From positions 12,772,001 to 12,836,000 of the forward strand of contig OZ024764.1 of NCBI GenBank assembly GCA_964016885.1: a stretch of 64,000 nucleotides of DNA, read 5' to 3'. Origin of the DNA: Eledone cirrhosa (Eukaryota). Shown one piece after another: positions 27,055-38,021 of the stretch. The notes under the pieces were generated by a model. It was not told the DNA's origin, did no database searches, and saw only the letters and a list, made by a program, of their open reading frames with translations. A program made the position numbers and the translations under genes. How positions within the stretch are numbered: the stretch's first letter is position 1; the number at the start of each line of letters is the position of its first letter.

Positions 27055-27220
27055 TACTACTGTAAATGCGGTTGGTGTTAGGAAGGGCTTCCAGCTGTAG
27101 AAAACCAGCCAGAAACAGTCCTGTACGTGCGAGATATGGTCAGCTAACCCAACTTGCCTCTAAATGGGACAAACCCGTCTAACCCATGCTAACCCGAGCT
27201 AAAATGGACATTAAACGATG
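27055..27220 (+). mobile_element. Diverged SINE A core and tail fragment
   Basis: gttggtgttaggaagggcttccagctgtagaaaa ... ccgtctaacccatgct. Confidence 0.7.
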
Positions 27221-27776
27221 AGCAGTCTCTTTCTCTGTTAGCCTCTTCCTCACCCTTCACTCACTCATTCTCTGTCACTACCTCTCCTCCTCCTCTTTCT
27301 TCCCGTTTGACCTGTGAGTAATTCTTTTCTCTCACATTCTCGGCCAAGCCGGTATGAATTTTTTCTCTCTCTCTCTCTCGTCTGCGACTTCACAGAACTT
27401 ATGTTTACCGAATTCGCAGACCAGACCCCTTCTTCTTTCCCCCGTTAGACCTGTGCGAAATTCCTTCCTTGCTCACATTTCAACCAGGTTTGATGGTCTT
27501 TATTCTCTCGTTCACGATTTCACCGAATTTATATTCATGGAAATTTGGGACTTGACTCCTTCTTCCTCACTTTTCGTTGCTTCACCATTTTGTTTGTTTA
27601 CCCTCGCGTCCCCTTTATTTACGTGTCCCAACGACTTTTTTTAGCCGTTGCTCGCACCAACCGGAGGTATATGGTCTTTAAAGCGATGAAATGCCTATGA
27701 TGGTTGGAAGATCACTGATGAAGGACTAACTTTTTTCATATGTAACCCATTTGCAACTCCGCAGCGCCCTTATTAT

Positions 27777-27829
<53 letters not shown>

Positions 27830-28129
27830 TCATCTTTTACATATAAGAAAGTAGTCTGTGACTGAAGGGAGATTCGGTCACAGGGTTGTCTGGTTATGCT
27901 TGTGTGGGACGCTCCCCTCCCTCAGTGAGGTGTATTGTACCCCTCAAAAGGGCACCAGTGTGAACACCCTGTACCAGCAGCACCACCACCACCACCCGCC
28001 ACCCCACCCATGTCCACCAACACCACCCCCTCCACCCAGATCAACCACACCACACCACCCCACCAAGTGGCAAGTCATGAGAAAATTATAATCAAAATAA
28101 ACACCATCCCCTTTTCTTTGCTTGTCACA

Positions 28130-28173
<44 letters not shown>

Positions 28174-28547
28174 GTAATGTATGTATGTTATATGTGTGTG
28201 TGTGTGTATGTATATAATTATGTGCATATCTATATATGTATATATATATATATATCATCATCATCATCATCATCATCATCATTTTAAGTCCGCTTTTCCC
28301 TGCTTTTATATGTATGTAAATATGTAAATGTATGTATGTATGTTACATGTTTGTGTATATGTATGTATGTATGTATATATATATGTATGTAATTATGTAA
28401 ATGTAATGTATGTTATATGTATGTGCGTGTGTATGTATATAATTATGTCCATATCTATGTATGTATGTATATGTATATATATATGTATGTATGTAAATAT
28501 GTGTGTATGTTTGTACGTGTGTATGTTTATATGTATGTAAATATGTA

Positions 28548-28578
<31 letters not shown>

Positions 28579-28699
28579 TCATATGTGTGTAAGTATGTAT
28601 ATGTATGTATGTATATATGTGTGTATGTGTGTATATGTATGTATATATGTATATATGTGTATGTTTGTATGTATGTATATATGTATGTATGCATGTATG

Positions 28700-28730
<31 letters not shown>

Positions 28731-29018
28731 GCTTGTATGTATATATGTATATGTATGCACATATGTGTATGTTTGTATGTATATATATATATATATGAGT
28801 GTATGCTTCTATGTATGTATATATAAAAATATATATATATATGTATATATACATTTCTTATATATATCATCATCATCATCATTCATCGACTACTGTCGAG
28901 ATGATGGATCTCACTCTCATGCCCCAGAATTCCCCATATATATACATATATATAGTGGTGGAACACTGGAAGGTAATATCCGAAGTGGTAGAGCACTCAG
29001 TCCAAGGGACGAGTTAGG

Positions 29019-29146
29019 TAGAAGTGGTTACACAACAGTTAATCCACCATACCGAGAACAATTGTTTCACATCCCAAGCTGAAGATCCGCAAAGGTGACA
29101 CAATTGTTCTCAGTATGGTGAACTAACTGTTGTGTAACCACTTCTA
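29019..29146. repeat. Small fold-back (52-bp arms) with split hammerhead-like core
   Basis: CTGAAGA at 29079; GACACAATTGT on the right arm versus GAAACAATTGT on the inverted left arm. Confidence 0.75.
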
Positions 29147-29169
29147 TATAAATATATACATTCATTTCA

Positions 29170-29500
29170 TTCATTACATTTCATTTCACGTCCACTTTTC
29201 CCTGCTTGCAAGGGTGGGACAGGAACTGATTCTGGCTTCATTTCTACAGCTGGATGCCCTTCCTAACACCAACCTCATTTACAGTGAGTGCTGGGTGCTT
29301 TTTTGCCGTGACACCTCCACGACCACTTTGCAGTGGAATGATAGGGACCCCAGTCCCTATCATCTCATTTCTACAGCTGAGTAAACTGGAGCAATGTGAA
29401 ATAAAGTGTCTTGCTCAAGGAAACAACACATCACCCGGTCTGAGAATTGAACTCACAACCTTTCGGTTGCAAGGCCAATGCTCGAACCACTAAGCCATCT
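29170..29500 (-). mobile_element. Near full-length SINE family A (single unit)
   Basis: Reverse complement of 20559-20900. Confidence 0.9.
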
Positions 29501-29501
29501 G

Positions 29502-29544
<43 letters not shown>

Positions 29545-29577
29545 GAAAGGTATAGAAAGTATTGTAGCAAGAAGCCA

Positions 29578-29609
<32 letters not shown>

Positions 29610-29806
29610 CGTAGGTCCCGGGTTGAGTCGGGGATAACCACAGTAAGTAAGGTACTCAATACATGGCAGAGTAAAATTTTTTATTTTATAGAAGGAGCTT
29701 CTACAGGACTAGTACTGTTTCATTCAGATGAAATCTTCAGGAAGCTGGGCCTGAAGATTTCATCTGAATGAAACAGTACTAGTCCTGTAGAAGCTCCTTC
29801 TATAAA

Positions 29807-29810
<4 letters not shown>
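29610..29810. repeat. Element ending in a perfect hairpin (29681-29810) with CTGAAGA/GAAAC core on both arms
   Basis: About 60-bp perfect arms around an 8-10 nt spacer. Related sequence lies inverted at about 20230-20335. Confidence 0.85.
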
Positions 29811-29845
<35 letters not shown>

Positions 29846-29846
<1 letters not shown>

Positions 29847-30000
29847 CAGTGCATGACTGGTACTTTATTTTATCGACCCCGTAAGATTGAAAGGCAAAGT
29901 CAACCTCGGCGAGATTTGAACTCAGATCATAAAGGGCCGTAACTCTATGCTGCAAAGCATGGCGCCCGACCCTCTACCGATACTGCAAATCCACCGCCCT
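29846..30000 (-). mobile_element. SINE family B copy starting about 30 bp into the intron after the exon donor
   Basis: Family B consensus. Confidence 0.85.
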
Positions 30001-30032
30001 CCATTTTGTCTGATAATAAAATGTCGACTCAC

Positions 30033-30200
30033 CGATGCAACATTGTAGAAAGCTGGCCCCAAGGTGGTATCCCTCTGGGGAGGGTTCTGTTTTATTAAGT
30101 TTCCATCCTCCGTTTCTTCATATCCGTAAGATTTCCTAGGAATCGGTATAGATGGCGCCTCTGCAGTCTTGTGGATAAACTTCATTTTATTTTTGAGTAG
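30033..30200 (-). CDS. STPG2: Internal coding exon (168 bp, phase 0/0): LLKNKMKFIHKTAEAPSIPIPRKSYGYEETEDGNLIKQNPPQRDTTLGPAFYNVAS
   Basis: Acceptor ...ctctccattcag, donor TCG|gtgagt. The PSIP..SYGY...DG..IK..PP..D.TLGPA.Y block matches STPG2 as I recall it (not a database search). Confidence 0.92.
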
Positions 30201-30699
30201 CTGAATGGAGAGAAAGAGAGTAAAAAAGAGACTAATATAGAGAGGGTGGTGGTGGTGGTTTTGTGGTTATGGTGGTGGTGGTGGTGGTGGTGTTATGTGG
30301 TGGTGTGATGTTGGTGGTGGTTTTGTGGTTATGGTGGTGGTGGTGGTGGTTGTAGTGTGATGTGGTGGTGTGATGTTGGTGGTGGTTTTGTGGTTATGGT
30401 AGTGGCGGTGAGGCTGTGATAGTAGTGGTGGTGCTGAGATATTGGTGGTGGTGAGACTGTGGCGTTGGTGATAGTGGTGGTGGTGGTTGTGGTTCTAAGA
30501 TGTTGGTGATGGTGCTGGTGTGTATGGTCATGGTGGTAGTGGTGGTGGTAATGGTGGTAGTGGTGGTGGTAATGGTGGTGGTGGTGGTAATGGTGGTAGT
30601 GGTGGTAATGGTGGTGGGGTTGGTGGTCTGATGCTGTATCAGAAATACTTGTGACATGTCTTAACACCTCAAATCAGTTTAGTCTTTCCAACACCATCA

Positions 30700-31150
30700 G
30701 ATAGGACCAAGAAACAATGTTTCCATTGGTATTTCCATTGTTGATACTATCTGTCTGTCACAACTCCTGGCAGAAGAAAGGAGCTGATCATCAGATCAGA
30801 CCAAGGAAACAATGTTTCCATTGGTCTTTCCATTACTGATACTATCTGTCAGTCACAACTCCTGGCAGAAGAAAGGAGCTGATAGTCAGATCAGGCCAAG
30901 GAAACAATGTTTCCATTGGTCTTTCCATTGTTGATACTATCTGTCAGTCACAACTCCTGGCAGAAGAAAGGAGCTGATAGTCAGATCAGGCCAAGGAAAC
31001 AATGTTTCCATTGGTCTTTCCATTACTGATACCATCTGTCAGTCACAACTCCTGGCAGAAGAAAGGAGCTGATCGTCGGATCAGACCAATGAAACAATGT
31101 TTCCATTGGTGATACTATCTACCAGTACCAAGGAAACAATGTTTCCATTG
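30700..31150. repeat. Diverged 95-bp tandem repeat (about 5 units)
   Basis: gaaacaatgtttccattggt recurs at about 30711, 30806, 30901, 30996 and 31092. Confidence 0.88.
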
Positions 31151-31299
31151 CTGATACTATGTGTCAATCACAACGCCTGACAGTAGAAAGCAATAGAGAT
31201 ATTCTCAGATATGACCAAGGAAACTGTTTTTCCATTGGTCCTTCTATTGCTGACAATAATTCCTGGAAAAATGAAAGAAAAAAAAAGGGAACCGATTGT

Positions 31300-33752
31300 C
31301 AGATAGGACCAAAGAATTAGTTTTTCCATTGCCAGGTCAGACCAAGGAAACAATGTTTTCATTGGTCTTTCCATTGCTGATACTGTCCTGGCAGGAGAGA
31401 AGAAAGCAACAGAGATATTCTCAGATAGGACCAAAGAAATAGTCTTTCCATTGCCAGGTCAGACCAAGGAAACAATGTTTTCATTGGTCTTTCCATTGCT
31501 GATACTGTCCTGGCAGGAGAGAAGAAAGCAACAGAGATATTCTCAGATAGGACCAAAGAATTAGTCTTTCCATTGCCAGGTGAGACCAAGGAAACAATGT
31601 TTTCATTGGTCTTTCCATTGCTGATACTGTCCTGGCAGGAGAGAAGAAAGCAACAGAGATATTCTCAGATAGGACCAAAGAATTAGTCTTTCCATTGCCA
31701 GGTGAGACCAAGGAAACAATGTTTTCATTGGTCTTTCCATTGCTGATACTGTCCTGGCAGGAGAGAAGAAAGCAACAGAGATATTCTCAGATAGGACCAA
31801 AGAATTAGTCTTTCCATTGCCAGGTGAGACCAAGGAAACAATGTTTTCATTGGTCTTTCCATTGCTGATACTGTCCTGGCAGGAGAGAAGAAAGCAACAG
31901 AGATATTCTCAGATAGGACCAAAGAATTAGTCTTTCCATTGCCAGGTGAGACCAAGGAAACAATGTTTTCATTGGTCTTTCCATTGCTGATACTGTCCTG
32001 GCAGGAGAGAAGAAAGCAACAGAGATATTCTCAGATAGGACCAAAGAATTAGTCTTTCCATTGCCAGGTCAGACCAAGGAAACAATGTTTTCATTGGTCT
32101 TTCCATTGCTGATACTGTCCTGGCAGGAGAGAAGAAAGCAACAGAGATATTCTCAGATAGGACCAAAGAATTAGTCTTTCCATTGCCAGGTCAGACCAAG
32201 GAAACAATGTTTTCATTGGTCTTTCCATTGCTGATACTGTCCTGGCAGGAGAGAAGAAAGCAACAGAGATATTCTCAGATAGGACCAAAGAATTAGTCTT
32301 TCCATTGCCAGGTCAGACCAAGGAAACAATGTTTTCATTGGTCTTTCCATTGCTGATACTGTCCTGGCAGGAGAGAAGAAAGCAACAGAGATATTCTCAG
32401 ATAGGACCAAAGAATTAGTCTTTCCATTGCCAGGTGAGACCAAGGAAACAATGTTTTCATTGGTCTTTCCATTGCTGATACTGTCCTGGCAGGAGAGAAG
32501 AAAGCAACAGAGATATTCTCAGATAGGACCAAAGAATTAGTCTTTCCATTGCCAGGTCAGACCAAGGAAACAATGTTTTCATTGGTCTTTCCATTGCTGA
32601 TACTGTCCTGGCAGGAGAGAAGAAAGCAACAGAGATATTCTCAGATAGGACCAAAGAATTAGTCTTTCCATTGCCAGGTCAGACCAAGGAAACAATGTTT
32701 TCATTGGTCTTTCCATTGCTGATACTGTCCTGGCAGGAGAGAAGAAAGCAACAGAGATATTCTCAGATAGGACCAAAGAATTAGTCTTTCCATTGCCAGG
32801 TCAGACCAAGGAAACAATGTTTTCATTGGTCTTTCCATTGCTGATACTGTCCTGGCAGGAGAGAAGAAAGCAACAGAGATATTCTCAGATAGGACCAAAG
32901 AATTAGTCTTTCCATTGCCAGGTGAGACCAAGGAAACAATGTTTTCATTGGTCTTTCCATTGCTGATACTGTCCTGGCAGGAGAGAAGAAAGCAACAGAG
33001 ATATTCTCAGATAGGACCAAAGAATTAGTCTTTCCATTGCCAGGTCAGACCAAGGAAACAATGTTCTCATTGGTCTTTCCATTGCTGATACTGTCCTGGC
33101 AGGAGAGAAGAAAGCAACAGAGATATTCTCAGATAGGACCAAAGAATTAGTCTTTCCATTGCCAGGTCAGACCAAGGAAACAATGTTTTCATTGGTCTTT
33201 CCATTGCTGATACTGTCCTGGCAGGAGAGAAGAAAGCAACAGAGATATTCTCAGATAGGACCAAAGAATTAGTCTTTCCATTGCCAGGTGAGACCAAGGA
33301 AACAATGTTTTCATTGGTCTTTCCATTGCTGATACTGTCCTGGCAGGAGAGAAGAAAGCAACAGAGATATTCTCAGATAGGACCAAAGAATTAGTCTTTC
33401 CATTGCCAGGTCAGACCAAGGAAACAATGTTTTCATTGGTCTTTCCATTGCTGATACTGTCCTGGCAGGAGAGAAGAAAGCAACAGAGATATTCTCAGAT
33501 AGGACCAAAGAATTAGTCTTTCCATTGCCAGGTGAGACCAAGGAAACAATGTTTTCATTGGTCTTTCCATTGCTGATACTGTCCTGGCAGGAGAGAAGAA
33601 AGCAACAGAGATATTCTCAGATAGGACCAAAGAATTAGTCTTTCCATTGCCAGGTGAGACCAAGGAAACAATGTTTTCATTGGTCTTTCCATTGCTGATA
33701 CTGTCCTGGCAGGAGAGAAGAAAGCAACAGAGATATTCTCAGATAGGACCAA
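31300..33752. repeat. Highly homogeneous 122-bp satellite (about 20 units)
   Basis: ORF ends recur every 122 bp; units differ almost only at ggt(c/g)aga. Confidence 0.97.
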
Positions 33753-33774
33753 GGAACCAACCAGAGAACTTGCA

Positions 33775-33836
33775 ACTCCAGGTAGATCGAACCCGAGAGC
33801 TTAGGATTGCAAAGTGAACTTCTTAACCAGTCGAGG
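33775..33836 (-). mobile_element. Degenerate tRNA-like SINE head
   Basis: Minus strand reads tggttaagaagttcactttgcaatc...gggttcgatc (B-box-like). Confidence 0.5.
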
Positions 33837-34117
33837 AAGGCTGTGTTCACTGAGATTTATACAAGATCAACGTAGAAACTGCGTGAAAGAAGATATACAC
33901 TTCTGTCCTGCAGAGAAGAAAAGTCTTAAAATCCTTAGATTTGAATGATAGCAGAGTATAAGGGGAGAGGGCGGAGTAACTGAGTGAGACCTGAGGGAGG
34001 GGGGAGGGGGGGAAGGGGAGGGAATCCTTCATCATCAAATCTTCAAATCTGAGATAATCTTTACTTGACAAATATGACAATTGCGCCTTTATCACCATCA
34101 ATGTACACAGAGCAGAG

Positions 34118-34555
34118 GTGGTATAGCAGTGGTGGTGGTAGCGGCGGTAGTGGTGGTGGTAGCAGTGGTGGTGGTAGCGGTGGTAGTGGTGGTGGTAGCA
34201 GTGGTGGTGGTAGCGGTGGTAGTGGTGGTGGTAGCAGTGGTGGTGGTAGCGGTGGTAGTGGTGGTGGGAGCAGTGGTGGTGGTGGTGGTAGTGGTTGTTG
34301 TAGCGGTGATGGTGGTTGTAGCAGTGGTGGTGGTGGTGGTGGTGGTGGTAGCGGTTGTTGTAGCGGTGATGGTGGTTGTAGCAGTGGTGGTGGTAGTGGT
34401 GGTGGTGGTTGTAGCAGTGGTGGTGGTAGTGGTGGTGGTGGTGGTGGTAGTAGTAGTAGTAGTGGCTGTAGTAGTAGTAGTTGCAGTGGTAATGGTAGTA
34501 GTAGAAGTGGTAGTAGTAGTAGCAGCAGTAGTGGTAGTAGTAGTGGTAGTAGTAC

Positions 34556-34598
<43 letters not shown>

Positions 34599-35270
34599 GG
34601 TGGTGGTGGGGGTGTGGGGGTTGTAGGGGTGGGGGTGATGGTAGTGGTGGTGTGGTGGTGGTGGTGCAGGGGTGGGGTGATGGTAGTGGGGTGGGGGGGG
34701 GGGGGGTAGTGGTGATGCGGGGGGGGGGTTAGTGGTGGTGGGGGGTGGTGGTGGTGGTAGTGGTGGTGTGTGGTGGTGTGGGGGTGTTGGAGGTGGGGGG
34801 TAATGGTAGTGGTGGTGGTGGTGTGGGGGTGTTGGTGGTGGTGTGGGGGCGTGGTGGTGGTGGTGGTGGTGTGGTGGTGCGGGGGTGGTGGAGGTGGTTG
34901 TGATGGTGGTGGTGGTGTGGTGGTAGTGGTGGTGGTGTGGTGGTGGTGGTGGTGGTGGTGTGGTGGTAGTGGTGGTGGTGGTGGTGTGGTGGTGGTGGTG
35001 ATGGTGGTGTTGCTTGTGAATGGTGATGGTGTTCGATGTTGTCGTTGATGGTGGTGGTGTTGATGATGTTGGTGGTGGTGGTGGTGTTGATGATGTTGTT
35101 GGTGGTGGTGGTGGTGGTGGTGGTGACAATGTTGGTGGTGGTGGGGGTATTGATGATGATGTTGTTGTTGGTGGTGGCGGTGGTGCTGGAGGTGACAATG
35201 TTGGCGTTATTGTTGGCGTTAGCAATGGCAATGACTATATCAACAATGACAATGATGACGACGATGATGG
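34118..35270. repeat. (GGT/AGT)n low-complexity tract
   Basis: Directly visible. Confidence 0.95.
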
Positions 35271-35451
35271 TTATTTTCGGCGGGGGAGGAGGTGGGGAGG
35301 AGGTGACAGCTCTCTCTAGTCTGTAATCTCAGCAACATATCCAGTGCAATGTCAACCAACTCCGCAAGGTATTAAACAACAGCTGGAATCTCATCTCGTT
35401 GACATATTTCAAATAAGACACCAGCTCTTCTAGAACATTCTCACAGAAATA

Positions 35452-36980
35452 CGACCAGGTGCCAAGTGCAAGGTGCCAGGTGCAGGGTATGGACGTGTGG
35501 TTAACCTCTTTGGCGCCATAGACGACCAGGTGCAAAGTGCAAGGTGCCAGGTGCAAGGTATGGCCGTGTGGTTAACCTCTTCGGCGCCATAGACGACCAG
35601 GTGCAAGGTGCCAGGTGCAAGGTGCCAGGTGCAAGGTATGGCCGCGTGGTTAACCTCTTTAGCGCCATAGATGACCAGGTGCAAGGTGCCAGGTGCAAGG
35701 TATGGCTGTGGTTAACCTCTTTAGCGCCATAGATGACCAGGTGCAAAGTGCCAGGTGCCAGGTGCAAGGTATGGCCGCGTGGTTAACCTCTTTAGCGCCA
35801 TAGATGACCAGGTGCAAGGTGCCAGGTGCAAGGTATGGCTGTGGTTAACCTCTTTAGCGCCATAGATGACCAGGTGCAAGGTGCCAGGTGCAAGGTATGG
35901 CCGCGTGGTTAACCTCTTTAGCGCCATAGATGACCAGGTGCAAGGTGCCAGGTGCCAGGTGCAAGGTATGGCTGTGGTTAACCTCTTTAGCGCCATAGAT
36001 GACCAGGTGCAAGGTGCCAGGTGCCAGGTGCAAGGTATGGCTGTGGTTAACCTCTTTAGCGCCATAGACGACCAGGTGCCAGGTGCCAGGTGCAAGGTAT
36101 GGCTGTGGTTAACCTCTTTAGCGCCATAGACGACCAGGTGCAAGGTGCCAGGTGCCAGGTATGGCTGTGGTTAACCTCTTTAGCGCCATAGATGACCAGG
36201 TGCAAGGTGCCAGGTGCCAGGTATGGCTGTGGTTAACCTCTTTAGCGCCATAGATGACCAGGTGCAATGTGCCAGGTGCAGGGTATGGCCGTGTGGTTAA
36301 CCTCTTCGGCGCCATAGACGACCAGGTGCAAGGTGCCAGGTGCAAGGTATGGCCGTGTGGTTAACCTCTTCGGCGCCATAGATGACCAGGTGCAAGGTGC
36401 CAGGTGCAAGGTATGGCCGTGTGGTTAACCTCTTCGGCGCCATAGACGACCAGGTGCAAGGTGCCAGGTGCAAGGTATGGCCGTGTGGTTAACCTCTTCG
36501 GCGCCATAGATGACCAGGTGCAATGTGCCAGGTGCAGGGTATGGCCGTGTGGTTAACCTCTTCGGCGCCATAGACGACCAGGTGCAAGGTGCCAGGTGCA
36601 AGGTGCCAGGTGCCAGGTATGGCCGCGTGGTTAACCTCTTTAGCGCCATAGATGACCAGGTGCAAGGTGCCAGGTGCCAGGTGCAAGGTATGGCTGTGGT
36701 TAACCTCTTTAGCGCCATAGATGACCAGGTGCAAAGTGCCAGGTGCCAGGTATGGCCGTGTGGTTAACCTCTTCGGCGCCATAGACGACCAGGTGTAAGG
36801 TGCCAGGTGCCAGGTATGGCCGTGTGGTTAACCTCTTCGGCGCCATAGACGACCAGGTGTAAGGTGCCAGGTGCAAGGTGCCAGGTGCAAGGTATGGCTG
36901 TGGTTAACCTCTTTAGCGCCATAGATGACCAGGTGCAAGGTGCCAGGTGTAAGGTATGGCTGTGGTTAACCTCTTCAGTG
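35452..36980. repeat. Minisatellite: constant core plus a variable number of 7-bp GTGC(A/C)AG subunits (about 24 units)
   Basis: gtggttaacctctt(t/c)(a/g)gcgccataga(t/c)gaccag core separated by variable heptamer runs. Confidence 0.95.
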
Positions 36981-37029
36981 CAATAGATGAGATAACTCCT
37001 AACATGTATGCACTCCAGTGCCACAGATA

Positions 37030-37139
37030 AGTCTCTCTCTCAGTCACTAACTCTCTCTCTCTCTTTGATTATCTTTCTCTCTCTCTCTCTTTGATTATCT
37101 TTCATTCTTTCTCTCACTATCTCTCTCTCTCTTTGATTA

Positions 37140-37170
<31 letters not shown>

Positions 37171-37461
37171 CTCTTTGATTATCTTTCTCTCTCTCTCTCT
37201 CTTTGATTATCTTTCATTCTCTCTCTCTTTGATTATCTTTCTCTCTCTCTCTCTCTCTCTCTCTCACTATATCTCTGTTTCATTATCTTTCTCTCTATCT
37301 CTCTCTTTGACAATCTCTCTCTCTCTTTGATTATCTTTCTTTCTCTCTCTCTCTCTCACTATCTCTATCTCTCTCTCTCTCTGATTATCTTTCACTCTCT
37401 CTCAGTCTCTCTCTCTTTCTCTCCATTTTGTAACACTATGTCTTGTCCACTCTCTCTTTCT

Positions 37462-37503
<42 letters not shown>
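37030..37503. repeat. (CT)n tract punctuated by TTTGATTATC
   Basis: Directly visible. Confidence 0.9.
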
Positions 37504-37506
<3 letters not shown>

Positions 37507-37667
37507 TGGTCGTTCACAGTTTATAACGTCACCATCGGAGGCAGAGGTATTTGTGTATCACATCTCCTCCTGGTTGCAGGACACCCCGCAATCGAGCACA
37601 TTTCTCAATCTACTCCAGTTCAAGGCTTCTATATCAGAATATTAGTTATGTTATCATCAATGATGAT

Positions 37668-37856
37668 AATTGTTTCTACTATTGGCACAAGGCCAGAAAT
37701 TACCCAGTACATTACTGGTACTTTATTTTATCGACCCCGTAAGGATGAAAGGCAAAGTTAACCTCGGCGGGATTTGAACTCAGAATAGCAAGGGCCGTAA
37801 CTCTATGCATCAAAGCATGGCGTCCGACCCTCTACCGATACTGCCAATCCACCGCC
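37668..37856 (-). mobile_element. SINE family B copy
   Basis: Family B consensus. Confidence 0.87.
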
Positions 37857-38021
37857 ATCAATGATGATAATGGGGATAAATATCTGTTTTAAATGCCGTA
37901 GTATTTAAAACATATCTGAAGCTTTGTGCCACTTTTCTACTTAGAATATACTATATATATATATATATATATATATCATCATCATCATCATCATCGTTTA
38001 ACATCCATCTTCCACGCTTGC

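Noticed and set aside
27715-27745. CTGATGA hammerhead start
   Set aside because: No closing stem II or GAAA follows; truncated at best.
29922-30032. Extension of the 87-aa ORF past the exon
   Set aside because: Strong GTGAGT donor at 30032; the remainder reads into a SINE.
31300-33752. CRISPR-like regular array
   Set aside because: Units are identical end to end with no unique spacers, there are no cas genes, and the context is eukaryotic.
35452-36980. Repeat-spacer (CRISPR-like) array
   Set aside because: The apparent spacers are only runs of two heptamers.
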